DNA of 64,000 nucleotides, from NCBI GenBank assembly GCA_009103225.1, contig RHPI01002910.1, positions 129,123 to 193,122 of the forward strand, given 5' to 3'. The DNA comes from Chlorokybus atmophyticus (Eukaryota; Plantae; Mesostigma and Chlorokybus algae). A program made the position numbers and the translations under genes. This document shows positions 36,651-50,156 of this stretch, in pieces. Each line of letters starts with the position of its first letter. Position 1 is the first letter of the stretch. A model generated the notes under the pieces. It did no database searches. It had not been told where the DNA came from and saw only the letters and a list, made by a program, of their open reading frames with translations.

Positions 36651-38537
36651 TCACGCGAGCTTGGGGCAGTTGGGCGCGACCGTGCGCGCAGTCGGACACG
36701 TGGCGAAGCATGGCTGGGCCCTGGCCTCGTCCTCCTCGATTGGCGGGGGAACCTGACCGAAGATCATCTCGCACGAGAGGTCCTCGAAGTTGGGCTTCAT
36801 TGTCAAAGGCATGCTGCGAGAGACAAAGGAGAGGTAAATGAGTGGACATGTGTCTGGTGGGTAGAGTTGCATGTCGTGTTGATGTGTCTGGTTGTAGAAT
36901 GTTACCCCATCTCTTCGGTAAAGAACTTCTGCGTGGGGAACTTGCAGAGGTTGACGCACATTCCAACACACCCGCTCGTCTGCAATAAGAGGCCAACTCA
37001 AAACAGCAGCAGGGACCATGCACATGTACACGCACACTTGCACACTCTGTCATGCACATTCGCGCACGCAGCACCAGCATCACCAATACTAACTATTACT
37101 TAATCTCGTCACGGACTCACCTCGAGGTAGCGACATTTCTTGATGTGGACTTGCGAGTGCTGAGTGACACCGTTGATCTCGACGTTTTGTACCTCCATGG
37201 GACCGACGAGCCACGTGAAGAAGGTGGGCGTGATCCACGCGTTGAGCTCCGCGCCCCACTTCGTATACGCAAACACTTTCCGGAACCACTCTGGGACCTT
37301 GTGACAACAAGCGTCATTACCACAATGTTGTATAAACCCAACAAAACAACAAGGGTTGTCACTCACGCGCTCAATATGTCCAGTATCAATGACACGCACT
37401 GGACATAACAAGTGCGTGAGGGAGAGAAGGCAAAGCAAACAAAATGTGCACAGTGCGGTACAGTAGACCAAACTGACCTTGGGAAAGCCTTGCAATACAG
37501 CTTCATGCTGCTGCTTAGCTGTTCTGCTCTGCATTGCATAATAGAGGTAAGGGAGGGAGCCTTGGACAACAAGGCACGTACTCATGTTGCAGAATCTGCC
37601 TTCTGTAGGGGGAGACAAACACAGACAGCGCGTATGGGCAGCGCACGTACCCTCATCATTGCGTGTGACACCTCGACCATACCCAAGTAGCCCTCCTTGA
37701 AGCTCCGCGGAGACTGCATCCAACAAGTAAAAGTGCGTGAGTGTGCGCATGCATGTGCCGCAAGCGATACCCGTGTGCATGCGTGTGCGTCGCATATGCA
37801 TATGTGAGTGTGGGCATGCTAGCATGTGCATGGGCGTGCGCATGTGTGCAAGGACACACTTCCGCTCACTCCAACCAACAACTCACCTGCCAGCCCGCCA
37901 CTCTTCCATAAGCCTGCCTCATGAGCGCAATGAACATCAGGTCTGTAAATGAGTCTTTGTACTCGGTCTTCTCACTAGTCGTGGCCGCCTCCCCTGTTCC
38001 CACAGCAACATTGCCCTCCCTGCCAACATTGTCACCACTACTGCTGCTACTCGCCCTGCACGCCAACTGAGCGCCTCTCCTCTTGCTTCTGGTGGGGTTC
38101 AGTGCTGGTCTTGATGGAGTGTTGTTGGGCTTGGAGGCATGTCTTGACTTGGGTGTTGGTAATGTGCGGAGGGAAGCTGCTGCTGAAGTGAGACTGCAGT
38201 GCATACAAGCAACAATAAGAAGGTGGTGGACAAAGGGAGAGGGCAATGGTGATGGACGCACGAACGCAAGGGAGCAAGAGAAGAAGGAACTGCAGTGACT
38301 GATATGCCATACACTACACGAGAATTGCTGTGTGACGTGTTACACAACACAGGTTGTAACACTCTGCGCTCAAACTCAGTGGCCTAGTCCAGGTCAGTGA
38401 GTGTGCATCAGCTTGGTGGTGACCAAGGCACTGAGTCAACGCACTGCTACAGACCAGTTGCGAGGCGCACACAGCTCATTCATTGTGCGCTCCACAGGGA
38501 AAGTGGTATAGACTCACCACAGCTGATGCGCCGCCAT
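36651..38537 (-). CDS. D27: DWARF27-family beta-carotene isomerase (DUF4033), plastid-targeted
   Basis: MAAHQLC|LTSAAAS... transit-like leader; EYKDSFTDLMFIALM; FFTWLVGPMEV...VHIKKCRYLE; CVGMCVNLCKFPTQKFF; LTMKPNFEDLSCEMIFGQVPP; TGA at 36651-36653 (minus). Could be a D27-like paralogue. Confidence 0.88.
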
Positions 38538-38742
38538 GGGTTAAGTATGGCTTGAAGCCGTCTACCCGCACACCAGCCACCTTTCCGCAGGCGACCAAGC
38601 TTGCCACGACCGCCGCCGCCGCCGCCGCCGCCGCCGCCAACGAAGTCTGACGCTGCACGCACACAAAGCCACGTTAGTGCCGCATTGTGTTAGACTTTGT
38701 CTCTTGTGCGCTTGTGCGCCACTGTTTTGTGCGCTGTGCGGC

Positions 38743-38753
38743 TTAGGGTTTAG
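38743..38753. promoter_or_regulatory. Telo-box (TTAGGGTTTAG) in the D27 / CEP97-like bidirectional promoter
   Basis: Single plant-type telomere unit between divergent ATGs at 38537 and 38793. Confidence 0.45.
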
Positions 38754-38792
38754 TTCAGCTGTGCTAAGGTTTAGTGTAGGCTAACAGTGGCC

Positions 38793-41700
38793 ATGCATGC
38801 CGCCACGGCGGCGGCGGGGCGGGTGAAGGACAGCGCCGCCTCCTCTACAGCTGCTGCGGAGACGGTGCTGAATCTACGGAGTCTCCAGCTTACGGCTCTC
38901 CCGGCGTCGCTGCTTGCAGGCGGCAAGTACGCTGATCTGAAGGTGAAGCCTCTGATTTGGTCTGGAGACCAATGCAATGCCGCCTACATGCTGTTTGCGC
39001 ATAAGGACCGTAGTTTAATGTAGACATCAACAACTTAGCAAGTGCAATATGCAGAGTTCCTGCCTTATTGCATGGTGTTCTTTGATACGACTATAATTGG
39101 AGGAGGCCTGGCGTGCATGCCTTGCATGGCCAGGCGCAACCATACCATGAGAGTCTTATCACGCTGCTGAGGGTTCAACAAAGACAGTACTGTCAAGCTA
39201 GGCGTAGTCGTGCAATGCTTATCGTAGGTCGCTTGCATAGTTTATTTGTGCTAAGTGATGAGTGAAGACACTACTGTTAAGCTAGGCGTAGTCGTGCAAT
39301 GCTAAACGAATGATATGGCGCTTGCTAGGTAGTTCGTGCTGTGCATGCACTTGTTATTCAATAATTCCGTAGCAGCTTGTTGTTGTATAATCAATGAGCC
39401 TCCCTCCCACAAACATAGCGGTGTTGTGAGCAAGTGAGCCTTCTGAGCGCACGAGTCACTCAGAAACACAGTTCGAAATCCAACAATCAACCCTGTTCTC
39501 TCGAGCTTTCCGCTGGGAATGGCATTGATGATCCCTTTTCTGCTTTCAACCAATGTTGACCCACCCAGGTGCTCGACATCAGCAACAACCGCGTGCTGAC
39601 TCTCGAAGGCCTCTGCGCCGCCTGCCCGCTCCTCGAGGAGCTGCGCGCCTCCAGCAATCGCCTGGTGCGCCTCGACGGCCTCTCAAACGTCGGAGGAGGC
39701 CTCCCGCGCCTTCGCATCCTCCTTCTCGCCAACAACAGGCATGTGCAGCAAGCATAGCGTTGAACTTGTCTCAGGTAGTGTGAGGCGATACTGGGTGGCT
39801 ATTGCAATGGATATAGCCACTTACGCTGTGCTTGTATTTGTCCGTTGCCTTTGTGTAGAGAGGAGAGTCTCTTCATGTGAAACTTATCGTCCCCTTCGTG
39901 CAGTTTGTGTGACACGAGCGGGTTGGAGGGCTGTCCAGCCTTGGAGTTTTTGGACCTGCGCGACAACGACATCTCCTTATTGTCACCCGCATCCTTCCCT
40001 TCTCTCCCTCATTTGACTCATCTGGGCCTTGCGTCCAACAGCATCGACAGTGTTGGTGACTTGTCCCCGCTGCGCGCTTGCTGTCCGGCGCTGCAGCGGC
40101 TGGACTTAAGAGGGAACTTCATCTCTACACTTGACGTTGCGGGGAGGTGTCTCCCATCCTCGCTGACAGCGCTCTCCCTCGCGGACAATGCCCTCAACAA
40201 TGTCGCGGACATTAAACACATCACCAGCTTCGCGCAGATAGCTGAGTTGGCTGTGGCAGGGAACCCCTTTGTTGAGACTGCTGCGAACGCCGGCTATGAC
40301 TACCGCCCTTTCGTGGCCTTCCTTCTCCCACGCCTCGCATGGTAGAGGGATTTGTGAATGCACAGCAGCACAGAGGATAGATGAGTCCCAACCATGTGCT
40401 TGTTGTTTCAGGTTGGATGACGAGAGTGTGGCGCGGTCGGCCTGGGCGAGGCAGGCAGACCGCCTCGTGCTATCTGACCAGCTCGTGCGGCTGCTCGGTC
40501 CCTCGGGCCAGCAGCAGGGCGCTCTCGCACGGTTTTTAGCACAACAGGTGAGATAACACAATCATCCCTACCCACGCACGTAAACCCACTACTAGAGTGC
40601 ACTGTTTGTTGATGTGTCTTTTGACTTGCAGTTTCCCTTGTCAGCAGCAACACAATCAAGTGGTGGTGGCGGTGCCAGCGTAAGCCATGAAGCAACCCCT
40701 CGCGCTGCGAGTCCACGTGCTCGACACGCCTCCCCAACCGCAAGTTCACCAACCGGGCGGTCCCAACACAAACCAACTCGCGCGCAACAACCACAGCAAC
40801 GACAACAACCACCGCAGCAACCACAACAGCAACAGCAGCGTCAGAGTCCCAATGGCAACGCAGTGAACACTTCAAACAAGGACGGCGTCGCTGATGTTGG
40901 TTTTGACCCCGCACAGTTTGCAGAGCTTCAGGCACAGGTTGCCAAGCTGCAGCACGCACTCACAAGGTTTGCCCGGCGCACCCAGAAGGTATACGTGAAT
41001 GCTGGTCGTAGGTTGTGTTTGGGACATGCCCTACACGACTTGTTGTTGAAACAAGCCTCCATCGCAGACAACGGGCGTAAACGCGGCAGTTCAAACGACA
41101 GATGTGGCTGGAGGTACACATGCATACCTCCGCTCGTAATCTTGCAATTTCCAACATGTGGAAGATGTCATGTGGACGACATGTTGTGTACCGTGTGCGC
41201 AGGTAGAGATGCACAGCCATCAACATCTGGTCAAAAAACTGCTGACACCCACACAAACGCCAAACCACCTTTCGTACCAACGCTGGACTGGGTCAGTTGC
41301 ATTGGCAGCAGCAGCGCAGTCACGAGCAGCACACGCTCGTCATTGTCCAGACAGCCGCTGACACGAGAGCAGCATGCAGCCATTGTGCTGCAGAAATGGC
41401 AAGTCACACGCAGGCTCTGCGTCTTGCATCATTTCGATTGTCAAGCTACATGTCGAGTTGTCAATGAACACGTCATCGCTTACAGGTGCATAGGCAGGCT
41501 AGTAAGGCGAAGGTTGCATATGTATGTGCAAGCTTCGCACGCCGCAGCGATGGTTCAGAGTACGTGGAGGGGCTATCGCGCCCGCCGCGCGCTGGCCAGG
41601 GAGCTTGCGTTGAGGCGGGTGCAGCGGTTTGAGCGGGAGAATGCGCGACTTCAGGGGCTCGTTGCTTCGCTGCAGGTTGGTGGGGGGAGTGCATGTCGTA

Positions 41701-42942
41701 AGTGGATTCCTTCTTTCTGCGTTGTCGTGTGATGATGTGCTTATGACAGGTGCGGCTCGAGCAAACAGAGGAGAGGATGTGGCTGCAGGATGATGCGCTC
41801 AGGCAACTCTGGACTGAGGTGAGTTGAAGCAAATCTCACTGTTGTCCAATTGACCTGATCTTTAACGTGTCTCAAGCCTTCTCCTCAAGGTGGCGGAGCT
41901 CAAGCGCTGGCGGCTGCAAAGCCAAGCACACAAGCAAGAGGGCAACAGAGGGCTGAGGGTTGAGGTGCGGGGCCTTCGTGAGCGGCTTGACGAGTTGGAA
42001 GCAGCTGCCGCGTGTTCGAGCAAAAGCGTGGACGAGACCGTGGACGTGGACGCGCTGCGCGAGGAGGTCCTGCAGCTGCGGGAGTTGCGGATCGAGCAGC
42101 GGGCGCTCATGGGCTTGACAGAGGAGGTGGAGGAGGACGAGACGGAAGAGGAGGACGCAACACTGTTGTTGCTGTCGACTTCCACGTTGCAGACAATAAC
42201 AACAGAGCGTGAACAGGTTTGTTTGCGTGGACGCGTGTCTCCTGTGAGTTGTTGTGCTGGCAACACTGCCTAGTGCTGAGTTGTGATTAATTGATTGGTC
42301 CGTCACATGCAGGCAACAATTGGTAGTCAACAAGTCGCTGTTTGGTCTCCCAAGCCTTCCCGGCCCGCAATGTTGTCAACCAGACATGCGGAAGGAATAG
42401 AGAAAGCAGAAGAAGGAGAAGGAGAAGGAGAAGGAGAAGGAGAGGGAGAAGGAGGAGGAGGAGGAGGAGGTGGACATGGCGAGGACTCCCTATTAAAAAC
42501 TCAGGCGGACGACATGGCCGTGCGCGTGGAGCAACTGTTTGCCAGCTGGAAGCACAACCTCATTTTTGAGTATGATCCGTCGGACGCGTCTTCCGAGGGC
42601 GCAGGAGCCACTGCTGCTGCGGAAGAAGACGCACCGAATCCGGAAGTCATAGCTGCCCTTGTCCAAACAGAGGCAAGAGACATCGCAACTGTGGTTGTTC
42701 ACGTACTTGGTCAGTTGTGGAGTGCAGTTGCTGTTTATATAAGCGGTCGTTGACGAGGCACACGCCATGCACAGGTGGTGCATGTTGGTGGTGAGGGCTT
42801 GTCTCCCGCAGCAAGCCCGCCTAATCCCGGCGGAGCTCATCCGCACCAGGACGCGTGGTCCGCAGCGGGCCGAGCGCTGCAAGAGTTGGATGTACATGCA
42901 ATCAACAAGGATGAGGACGAGGATGGCATGTACCTCCCTTAG
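38793..42942 (+). CDS. CEP97: Leucine-rich-repeat, IQ and coiled-coil centriolar protein, CEP97-like
   Basis: LRRs (VLDISNNRVLTLEGL, LEFLDLRDNDIS, LPSSLTALSLADN), LRR cap AGNPF...YDYRPFVAFLLPRL, ALARFLAQQ, IQ-like QSTWRGYRARR and EERMWLQDDALRQLWTEV. This order matches CEP97 as I recall it; TAG 42940-42942. Confidence 0.72.
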
Positions 42943-43240
42943 GGATGTCTGCAACAAGCGTTGTGTGACACTGTTGTGTACAGCGCTGTGTGGATGAGGT
43001 AGTGTGATTGGTGTTGGTAATGCGTTGATTGTACAGTTGTGCATGCAGCTTGATCTCGTTTGCTTAGTTGCACAACTGTGCCGACACACTGGGTGCACAC
43101 CGGCAGCCAACACTGTGAGAGCTCGCGACCATACAAGCATGTACCTCTTGCATGTGGGACAACCGCTGTACAGGCTCTATACACATTTATGTCACAGTAC
43201 ACGTCAAACAAACGGTCCACTGCAATTCCTACGCTATGTA

Positions 43241-44790
43241 TCATTGCGCCTTTTTGCGCGTTGCATCCGACCCGGTGCAGGTGCGGGCGGCGCTCTTCTC
43301 GTCCAGCCTGGCCTGCCGAATGATGAATAAACAGGTTTCCGCGAGCATGCCGAGGATGAGGCCAACCACCCCAACTAGGTATTGCTGCACATAGACACCA
43401 GGAGGATGTGTGAGTATCCTCTGGCTGCAATGCCTTCAGTAGTGATGGAACGCAACAAGAACCTGCTGTGACTGATGTCGATGCTTACCAATGCTGCGTC
43501 GTCGAACAGCCTCCGGCCAACGTACAACCCCAACATGTACAGCGTGCCCATCGCAACAATTACCTGCATACCTGCCACGCACATACTCATATAGACGCCA
43601 CCCATCGAATGTTGGTAGAGCCACTATTGGCTGTTATCTTAGTGCTTGCATGTGCTTGACACACAAGTCATCGCAGAATGCACCCTTAGCACGTACCGAA
43701 CCCGAGTTGCTGGCGATACGTCCCAAGTAGCTCCACATCCTGGTCTCCCTCCCCACCCTCCCCACCTCTCATTGCTGTGTTCTCCGGCGTGGCCATGCCG
43801 GCGCCAGGGACGTCGCTCACCATCGCGGCGTATGCGCGGTCCTCAGCCGCCGTGCGCAGCTGCTCCAGCCGCTCCACCAGCTCTGGAGACTGGACAGGTG
43901 GTACGCTTAGAAGGTGTGTGTGAGTGTGTGTGCACGCGCGCGAGCGTGCGTATGACGGCGAGTGAACTGATTGGAAAGGCTCTGGAGCATGTTGCAATCT
44001 ATGCAAAGACGCAGGTTGGTGGGTAGCGTGCATGCGCTCTATAGAAATAATCATTCCGCCGCACGCATGTGCTGGATAGTGGATGGACCGACTCGTGCAT
44101 GTGCACAGTATCGAGCACACGCAATCGCCCGCAACGCATACGGGCGCATGCACGTGTGTGCGTGTGGGCACATACAGGTGAGTTCATGCGTGCGCGCACT
44201 GCTCAGAGGTGTGTGAATGTAAACCAATCTGGATACCACACACATGCATGTATGTGCATGAACAATATCAAGCATGCGCACTTGCAACGCACCTGGGCGT
44301 CATGCATACTACATGTGTGCAGCCCGGGCTGCGTGTCACGCCAATGCACATGCACTCAACAGCGGCATGCCATGACGCAACGCTGTATGCCTTGACAACA
44401 TGGGACGCGCCATCGCCATAGTCCTCAAGGCTAAGAGAATTAGTTCAGCCCAAAGCTTGCGACAGCACGCACCTTCTCTCTGGGCGCAGGCGACTTGAGC
44501 ACAACCCGGCTGCCTGCGGTGATCTCATGCAGCCAGCATGACTGCTGCTCACCACCCAAGCCTGACCCATGCTTCTTCTTCTCCTTCTCCTCTCTGGCCC
44601 TCAGCGCCACCACCGCCCGCTTCAGCAGGCCGTACGGCACGGGCTCGCCGTCCCTGCCGCCGCCCGCCGCCTCGCACTCCCGCCGGAACACCTGCACGTC
44701 CTCTACTCCGACCACCTCCGCCTCCGTCACTACCACCGTTGTCGCCTCCCGCAATGCCGCCCTGATCGCCGCCGTGCTCCCCAGCTCCAT
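43241..44790 (-). CDS. VMA12: V-ATPase assembly factor Vma12/TMEM199 family
   Basis: GSRVVLKSPAPREK|SPELVERLEQLRTAAEDRAYAAMVSDV, then two TM segments (QVIVAMGTLYMLGLYVG; GVVGLILGMLAETCLFIIR) and a basic tail; TGA at 43241-43243 (minus). Confidence 0.85.
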
Positions 44791-44961
44791 CCCGGCCGCC
44801 GCCGCGCACCTAGACTGCGGCACGGTGGTCTAGTCTGGCCCAGCGCCAAATCACCAGGCTTGGATCTGGTTCCTTTTACTCAAGACTTAACCCGGGTCAG
44901 TGAAGTCCCTGGACGATTCGGATCCGTTTCGACCGTTTGCGCAAAGCTGAGTTTTGAGTGT

Positions 44962-47900
44962 ATGCAACCCATTGCTTTAGGGTCAGGCGGCGGTAGCGGT
45001 GGCGGCGGCGGCGGCGGTGGCGGTGGCGGTGGGTGCAGGTATGTCCAGGCACTTACTGAGTTGAGAGAAAATTATTGCTCTTGGTTATTCGTCGGTCTTT
45101 TGCCTGTAGATTGCCTCCGGACGTCTCTGTTGTCTTGCAGCATTGTGCATTTTCAGAGTCAGTAGGTGCAGCTTCATTCACTGTTGTGCACATGGGCATT
45201 GTTGCACATGGGCAGTGTTCTTCATTGCCCAATGTGAGCCTTCACACTTGGGTTGAGAGGTTGCACAGACCATTGCCCAAACTTTAACCTGCATTGATTA
45301 ACAATACATTTCTTTGTGTTAGATCTGGACAGTGTGTGGTGTTGTTGTTCGTGTTGGGAATGACAATTGTACGCACAACGCAACTGTTCGTGCACACGCG
45401 CACACCAAAACAAACACGCATGCATGCACGCACGCACGTGCACGTGTGCGAGTGTGTGTGTTTTGTGTGCAGTTTCCGCACAAAACACACACACTGCTGA
45501 CACATTTACAAACGTGTTACTACTTTACTGCAATCGGCGGCGTTAACTTGTGAAGGACGACATACGTGCGTGCGCGTGCGTGTGTGTGGGGGCGCGCGTG
45601 TGTGTGTGGTGGTGGTGGGGTGGGGTGGGGTGGGGTGGGGTGAGGGGGCGTATGCGTGTGGACATGTGCGGAGGGATGTGCGTGTGCGCGTGCGCATACG
45701 TGTAAGTCTTCGAATTTTTGCCCNNNNNNNNNNCCCCCCCCCCCCCCCCCCCCCCCCCCAAGCTAGACTGTTTGCAGGGATGACTGCAACAGTGGACGAC
45801 GACAACAGCAACGACGATCACATCGTCACCACCACCAACAACAACAAGAACAGCGACAACAGGAACAACAACAAACAACACAGCAAGAAGACTGCTGACT
45901 ATCAGCAGCAGCGCCGCCGGCAGGTAAATAAAGCGGGTCTCTTGTATCAAGCAGCTTTACACCATCTTACAACAGGTCTGTGAATTGCACAGGTAGTTGT
46001 TGGGCCATCTGTATCTTCATCCGATGAAGACGATCGCGCGTCAAAAAAGAGCCTCAACGGTGAGTGCATGGTCAATCACATCAAGCATTGAGAGGAGAAG
46101 TGTGGTAGACATACCAACCCACAAAAGCAAGCAAGTATTTACAAATCAGGCAGTCAAGCCAGCAGCCAGGCTCATCGGATGCTCATCGGCCGGCTCGGCC
46201 TCGCCTCCAAATCCAAAGCTAATGCTACAATCACTGCGAAGGACATAAACAAGTCCTCCTTTGCAACCAAGAAAACTCCTGTATCCCAAGTAATCAAGGA
46301 CCCAACCACCATCGTGTGCGCGGCGACACACACCCGCGCTCGCACTTGCACGCGCACACGCATATACACCCATGCGCTCGCACGCACCCACAATATAGCG
46401 TGTTTTGTTTCTGCAGAGATTCTATCGCGCAACAGTCTGCATGTCGGACGCGACCTTGCCTCACCCGCACAAGCAGCCTCCTACACGTGAGAAGGAGAGA
46501 GGCGGGAACCACCACACCAATAACAACAAGAAGCAGCATCAGGACCCCAACGCAAGACACAACGACAACGACAACGAGGACAATGATGATGGCGAAGATG
46601 GCGAGGATGATGGTGATGATAGGGATGATGCACGCAACAGCAATGAGATGGTCGTCGAGGCCGAGAGCAAAAGGGGAAAGGGGCGGGACGGAATAGCGTT
46701 GGAGGTTGCGGCGGGAGGGTCAGACTCACGGGTGGGTGCGGGTTTGGAGGGGTGTGTTGTGGCTGTGTGGGGAGTGCGCACTCATGTGGGAGCGTGCGTG
46801 TGTTAGTAGGCGGTGAGGGCGCTGGCAATCGAGGCTGCGAGCGCGAGGGAGGAGCTGAGGCGCAGCGAGAAGCGCCGCGCCCACTCCACCGCGAGGCATG
46901 TTGATGGTGCTAGTGCTGCTGCTGTTGCTGTGTGTCGTGGTCGCATGTTGTGTTCGGCGCATGTGTTGATTATTGTTGTCTCTCAGGTGTCAAGAGCTGG
47001 AGTCCAAGTGTGCGGCGCTGGAGAAGGACGCCAACGAGCTCAAGTACTCCAACACGCAGCTGCGCAAGGAGCTCCAGGCAACAGGTAAAGCTGGATGCAT
47101 ATTAGACAGCATTTCTTGCAGTAAAGCACGCAGCTCACACGCACACACACACACACAGGTGAGGCGGCGGCCTCTGCTGCCGCACGCAACCGGTCTGCCT
47201 TGGGCGTGCTTCGTTCGGGTCTTGCGGCCGTGGAGGAGACCGTCGCGCGGCGCTCTGCTTTGGGCTTCCAGCACCTACAGGCAGTCTTCGCCTCACTCCA
47301 GGTACACGCATGGGGAGGGCATTGCTTTTACCAACATGACGGTCTGTACACTTGTGGCTGTTTGACGAGCATTGTCTACATCCACACCAGTCCGGTTGCC
47401 AAGAGTAGCTTCTCACTGACAGTAAGTGTTTGTGTGTGGGTGCTGGTGTGTATGTGTGCATCCACAGCAACTGCAGGGTCTTCTGCTCTCCCCCGCCGTG
47501 TCCCTGAGCGTCCCCGCCGCCAGCGCGCAGGCCCGCAGCGTGCTCTCCGAGTCCTTCTCCCGCCTCTCAGCCCTCAGCAAGTACACACGCACACAAGCAC
47601 AACCCCCTCCCAACCCTTCCCCAACACACGCACACACGAACCAACATACCACCTCTCCTCACGCAGCGCGCTCGGAGGCCAGCCAGACACCGTGCGCGGG
47701 GACCCGCCCGCCCTGCTGACGGCATCCGGGAGGAACAACAACAACAACAAGGACGGAGTGGGTGTGGAGGGTGGGCGTGATGGTCATGGTTATGGGGAGG
47801 TGGGCAGTGTGGCAGAGAGGAAGCTCGCTGAGATGGAGAGGGAGAAAGGGAGGCTGTCGACACAGCTGGCGGAAGCGCAAGCTGAGGTATGTCGTGTATG

Positions 47901-49292
47901 TAGCTATGCTTTTACACGCTGTGATCGTAAAGCTTCACCAGATGCATCAAGTCCTCTTCTGAGTGTGAAAGCGTCTTTCCTTCTGCTTTGTGTCTCTTGG
48001 CTGTCCCCCAGTTGGCGCGGATGCGGGAGGGTGGTGCGGGCAACAACACTACGGCATCATCGGAGGCTGCGGCGGCGGCTTCTCAGCTTCTTCCTCAGTA
48101 CCGCGCGGCGCTGGTGCGTTCCCGCGCGCAGTGCGCGGCGATGCGTGAGCGGCTGGCGGAGGCGGAGCGGGCGCGACGAGCCGCGAGACAGGAGATGGAG
48201 ATGATGCAGAGACTGATACGACAACGGTGAGAGGGGGCGTGTGTGGGTGGGGGTGGGGGTGCGTGCTAGCGTGTGCAAGGACACACACGCCTACGCGCAC
48301 ACGTATGCATGCTCACACACACACGCGCACGCTCATGCGCGCGCGCGTGTGGCGCACGCATGCATCTTCAGGCCTGCGCGTGTGATGGTGCGTATGTTGG
48401 GGCAGGGTTGTGCTTGTTCAAGTGTGACGCTGCTGTAACCCATGCAGTGAGTTGGAGAAAGTAGCGGAAGTGTCCGAGGTGGCCAAGCGGGCCGCCACCG
48501 AACAGCAGCACCAATACAGCCAAGACCTCCAAGTAAGAGAGGGCCCAGCAACAAAGAAACATTTCCAATGTTGCACTGCATCACTCTCACGCACAACGTG
48601 TTATGGTGGGCCTCAGGTGCTCAGGCAGAAGCTGATGCATGGCGACGAGGCGTACCGCAGGTTGAAGCTGGACCATCAAGCTCTCCAGGTGTGCATCATT
48701 ACAACTCGATTGCTGCATCAGATGTAGGTGTGCATCATCACATTGTGTGGAAATGTACGTACAGGTTCATGCGGCGGAGCTTGAGGAGAACGTGGAGCAG
48801 CTGCGCGCGACGGTATCGGAGCTGCAGGTTACTGTATCTGAGCAGCGCGCGGATATCCGCGCTGCGCTTGAGATGGTGATGTCGCGCCGGACACGCAGTG
48901 GGGGAGGAGGAGGCGTGGCGGGACCCAACATATCGCGCATGATGGCGGACATACTCTCTAGCCACATATCACCCTTTCCACCACGCGACGCGTCGCACGC
49001 AATGCCAACAGTAGCCGCCACAATGGACGACTTCCTGTTACATGACGACTACAATGGGGGTATACCCTTACACGATGACTTTCTGTTGGGATCGGATCTC
49101 AACTCTCTCCCGTTGAGAGAGCCGAGTAGCGTCACGCCCGCAGCGCAGTTTCAACAAGTTAATCAGAACTCGGGGCCTGTTGTGTTGGACACGCTGCAGC
49201 GAGACATTGCTGCGCTGGACGCGGACATCAGTCATCTGCAAGCTAGCTTAGAGTCTACTGCTGCTAACACCCATGCGATGCGCGTCGATTGA
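44962..49292 (+). CDS. Uncharacterised long coiled-coil protein, many exons
   Basis: ATG 44962 (MQPIALGSGGG...). Heptad-rich exons (ELESKCAALEKDANELKYSNTQLRKELQ, AERKLAEMEREKGRLSTQLAEAQ, ELEENVEQLRATVSELQ) and C-terminal LQRDIAALDADISHLQASLES; TGA 49290-49292. One N gap in an intron. Confidence 0.7.
45617..45759. repeat. (GGGGT)5 tract, 10-N gap and C26 homopolymer in an intron
   Basis: G4 runs 45617-45640, N 45724-45733, poly-C 45734-45759. Confidence 0.9.
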
Positions 49293-50156
49293 CAGGGTGT
49301 GTGAATGTGTTGTGTGGTCGTCTTGGCTGCGAGACTCGCATGTCCACGCCCACCGTAACTAATACTTTTCATACATATCCATCATGGTCAGGCAGTCGCC
49401 TGCAATAAGGACTGCTGTCATGGTTGGTTGTGATCGGGGCGCTTAGTAACGTGCATGTGAGTGTTGACGACCGCAAGACTCAGCTGCTGTGACAACAAGG
49501 CCTCTATTGCAGCCAGGGAATGGCCCTTAGGTAAAGCAAAATGCAATGCTTACACCAGTAGTGTGCAGTGCAAGGCAAAGCACACTTGCGGGCGATGAGG
49601 CTGTGCTTTGTGTATATATTGAAGTGTTGTTGGACAAAAGACCAGCAGCTGGCATTGAGTCAACTGGCTTCATGTCAGCAGCAGTTGCTTGCCACGCCCA
49701 CACACAGTTCCGCGTCGTGCTTACACAGTGAGTGATGCGGTGTCACTCATGTGTGCGGCATGTGATATAACCTTGGCCAATGCAGCACACAGATTTCCTG
49801 CAGTCCTGAACTCAATCAGAACAAATGAATGGCCCTGGGTAAAATGTAACTTGATACCGTCTCACAGAGTTCTCGTCTCTATTGGACTTGACGCATTTAA
49901 CTGCAGACCATACAAAAAGAGGGGAGTAGCAGCACGCGACAACATGCACTTGTGCTGCACAAGTACCATATCAATAGTACGCGTAGCCCTGCATGAGGCA
50001 TGTCTATCCTTATTGTAGTGTAGACACTTAGTACCTACTCAGTACAACCGCATCTCTCCTCCGCAACGGCAAATATGTACAGAGCCTGCCAAGGCAGACA
50101 ACAATAGCTTCTAACTCTAATCACACACAGCATCGCCACCAGCACTACCCACTGTA

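Noticed and set aside
38743-38753. Interstitial telomere or chromosome-fusion scar
   Set aside because: Single units rather than arrays; better explained as promoter telo-boxes.
39255-39447. Intronic box C/D snoRNA
   Set aside because: GTGATGA and CTGA are about 190 nt apart with no terminal stem or evident rRNA-complementary guide.
40614-41732. 372-aa stand-alone ORF (and similarly 47200..48204)
   Set aside because: Exon-intron read-through frames inside the CEP97-like and coiled-coil genes; they include low-complexity intron translation and internal GT-AG sites.
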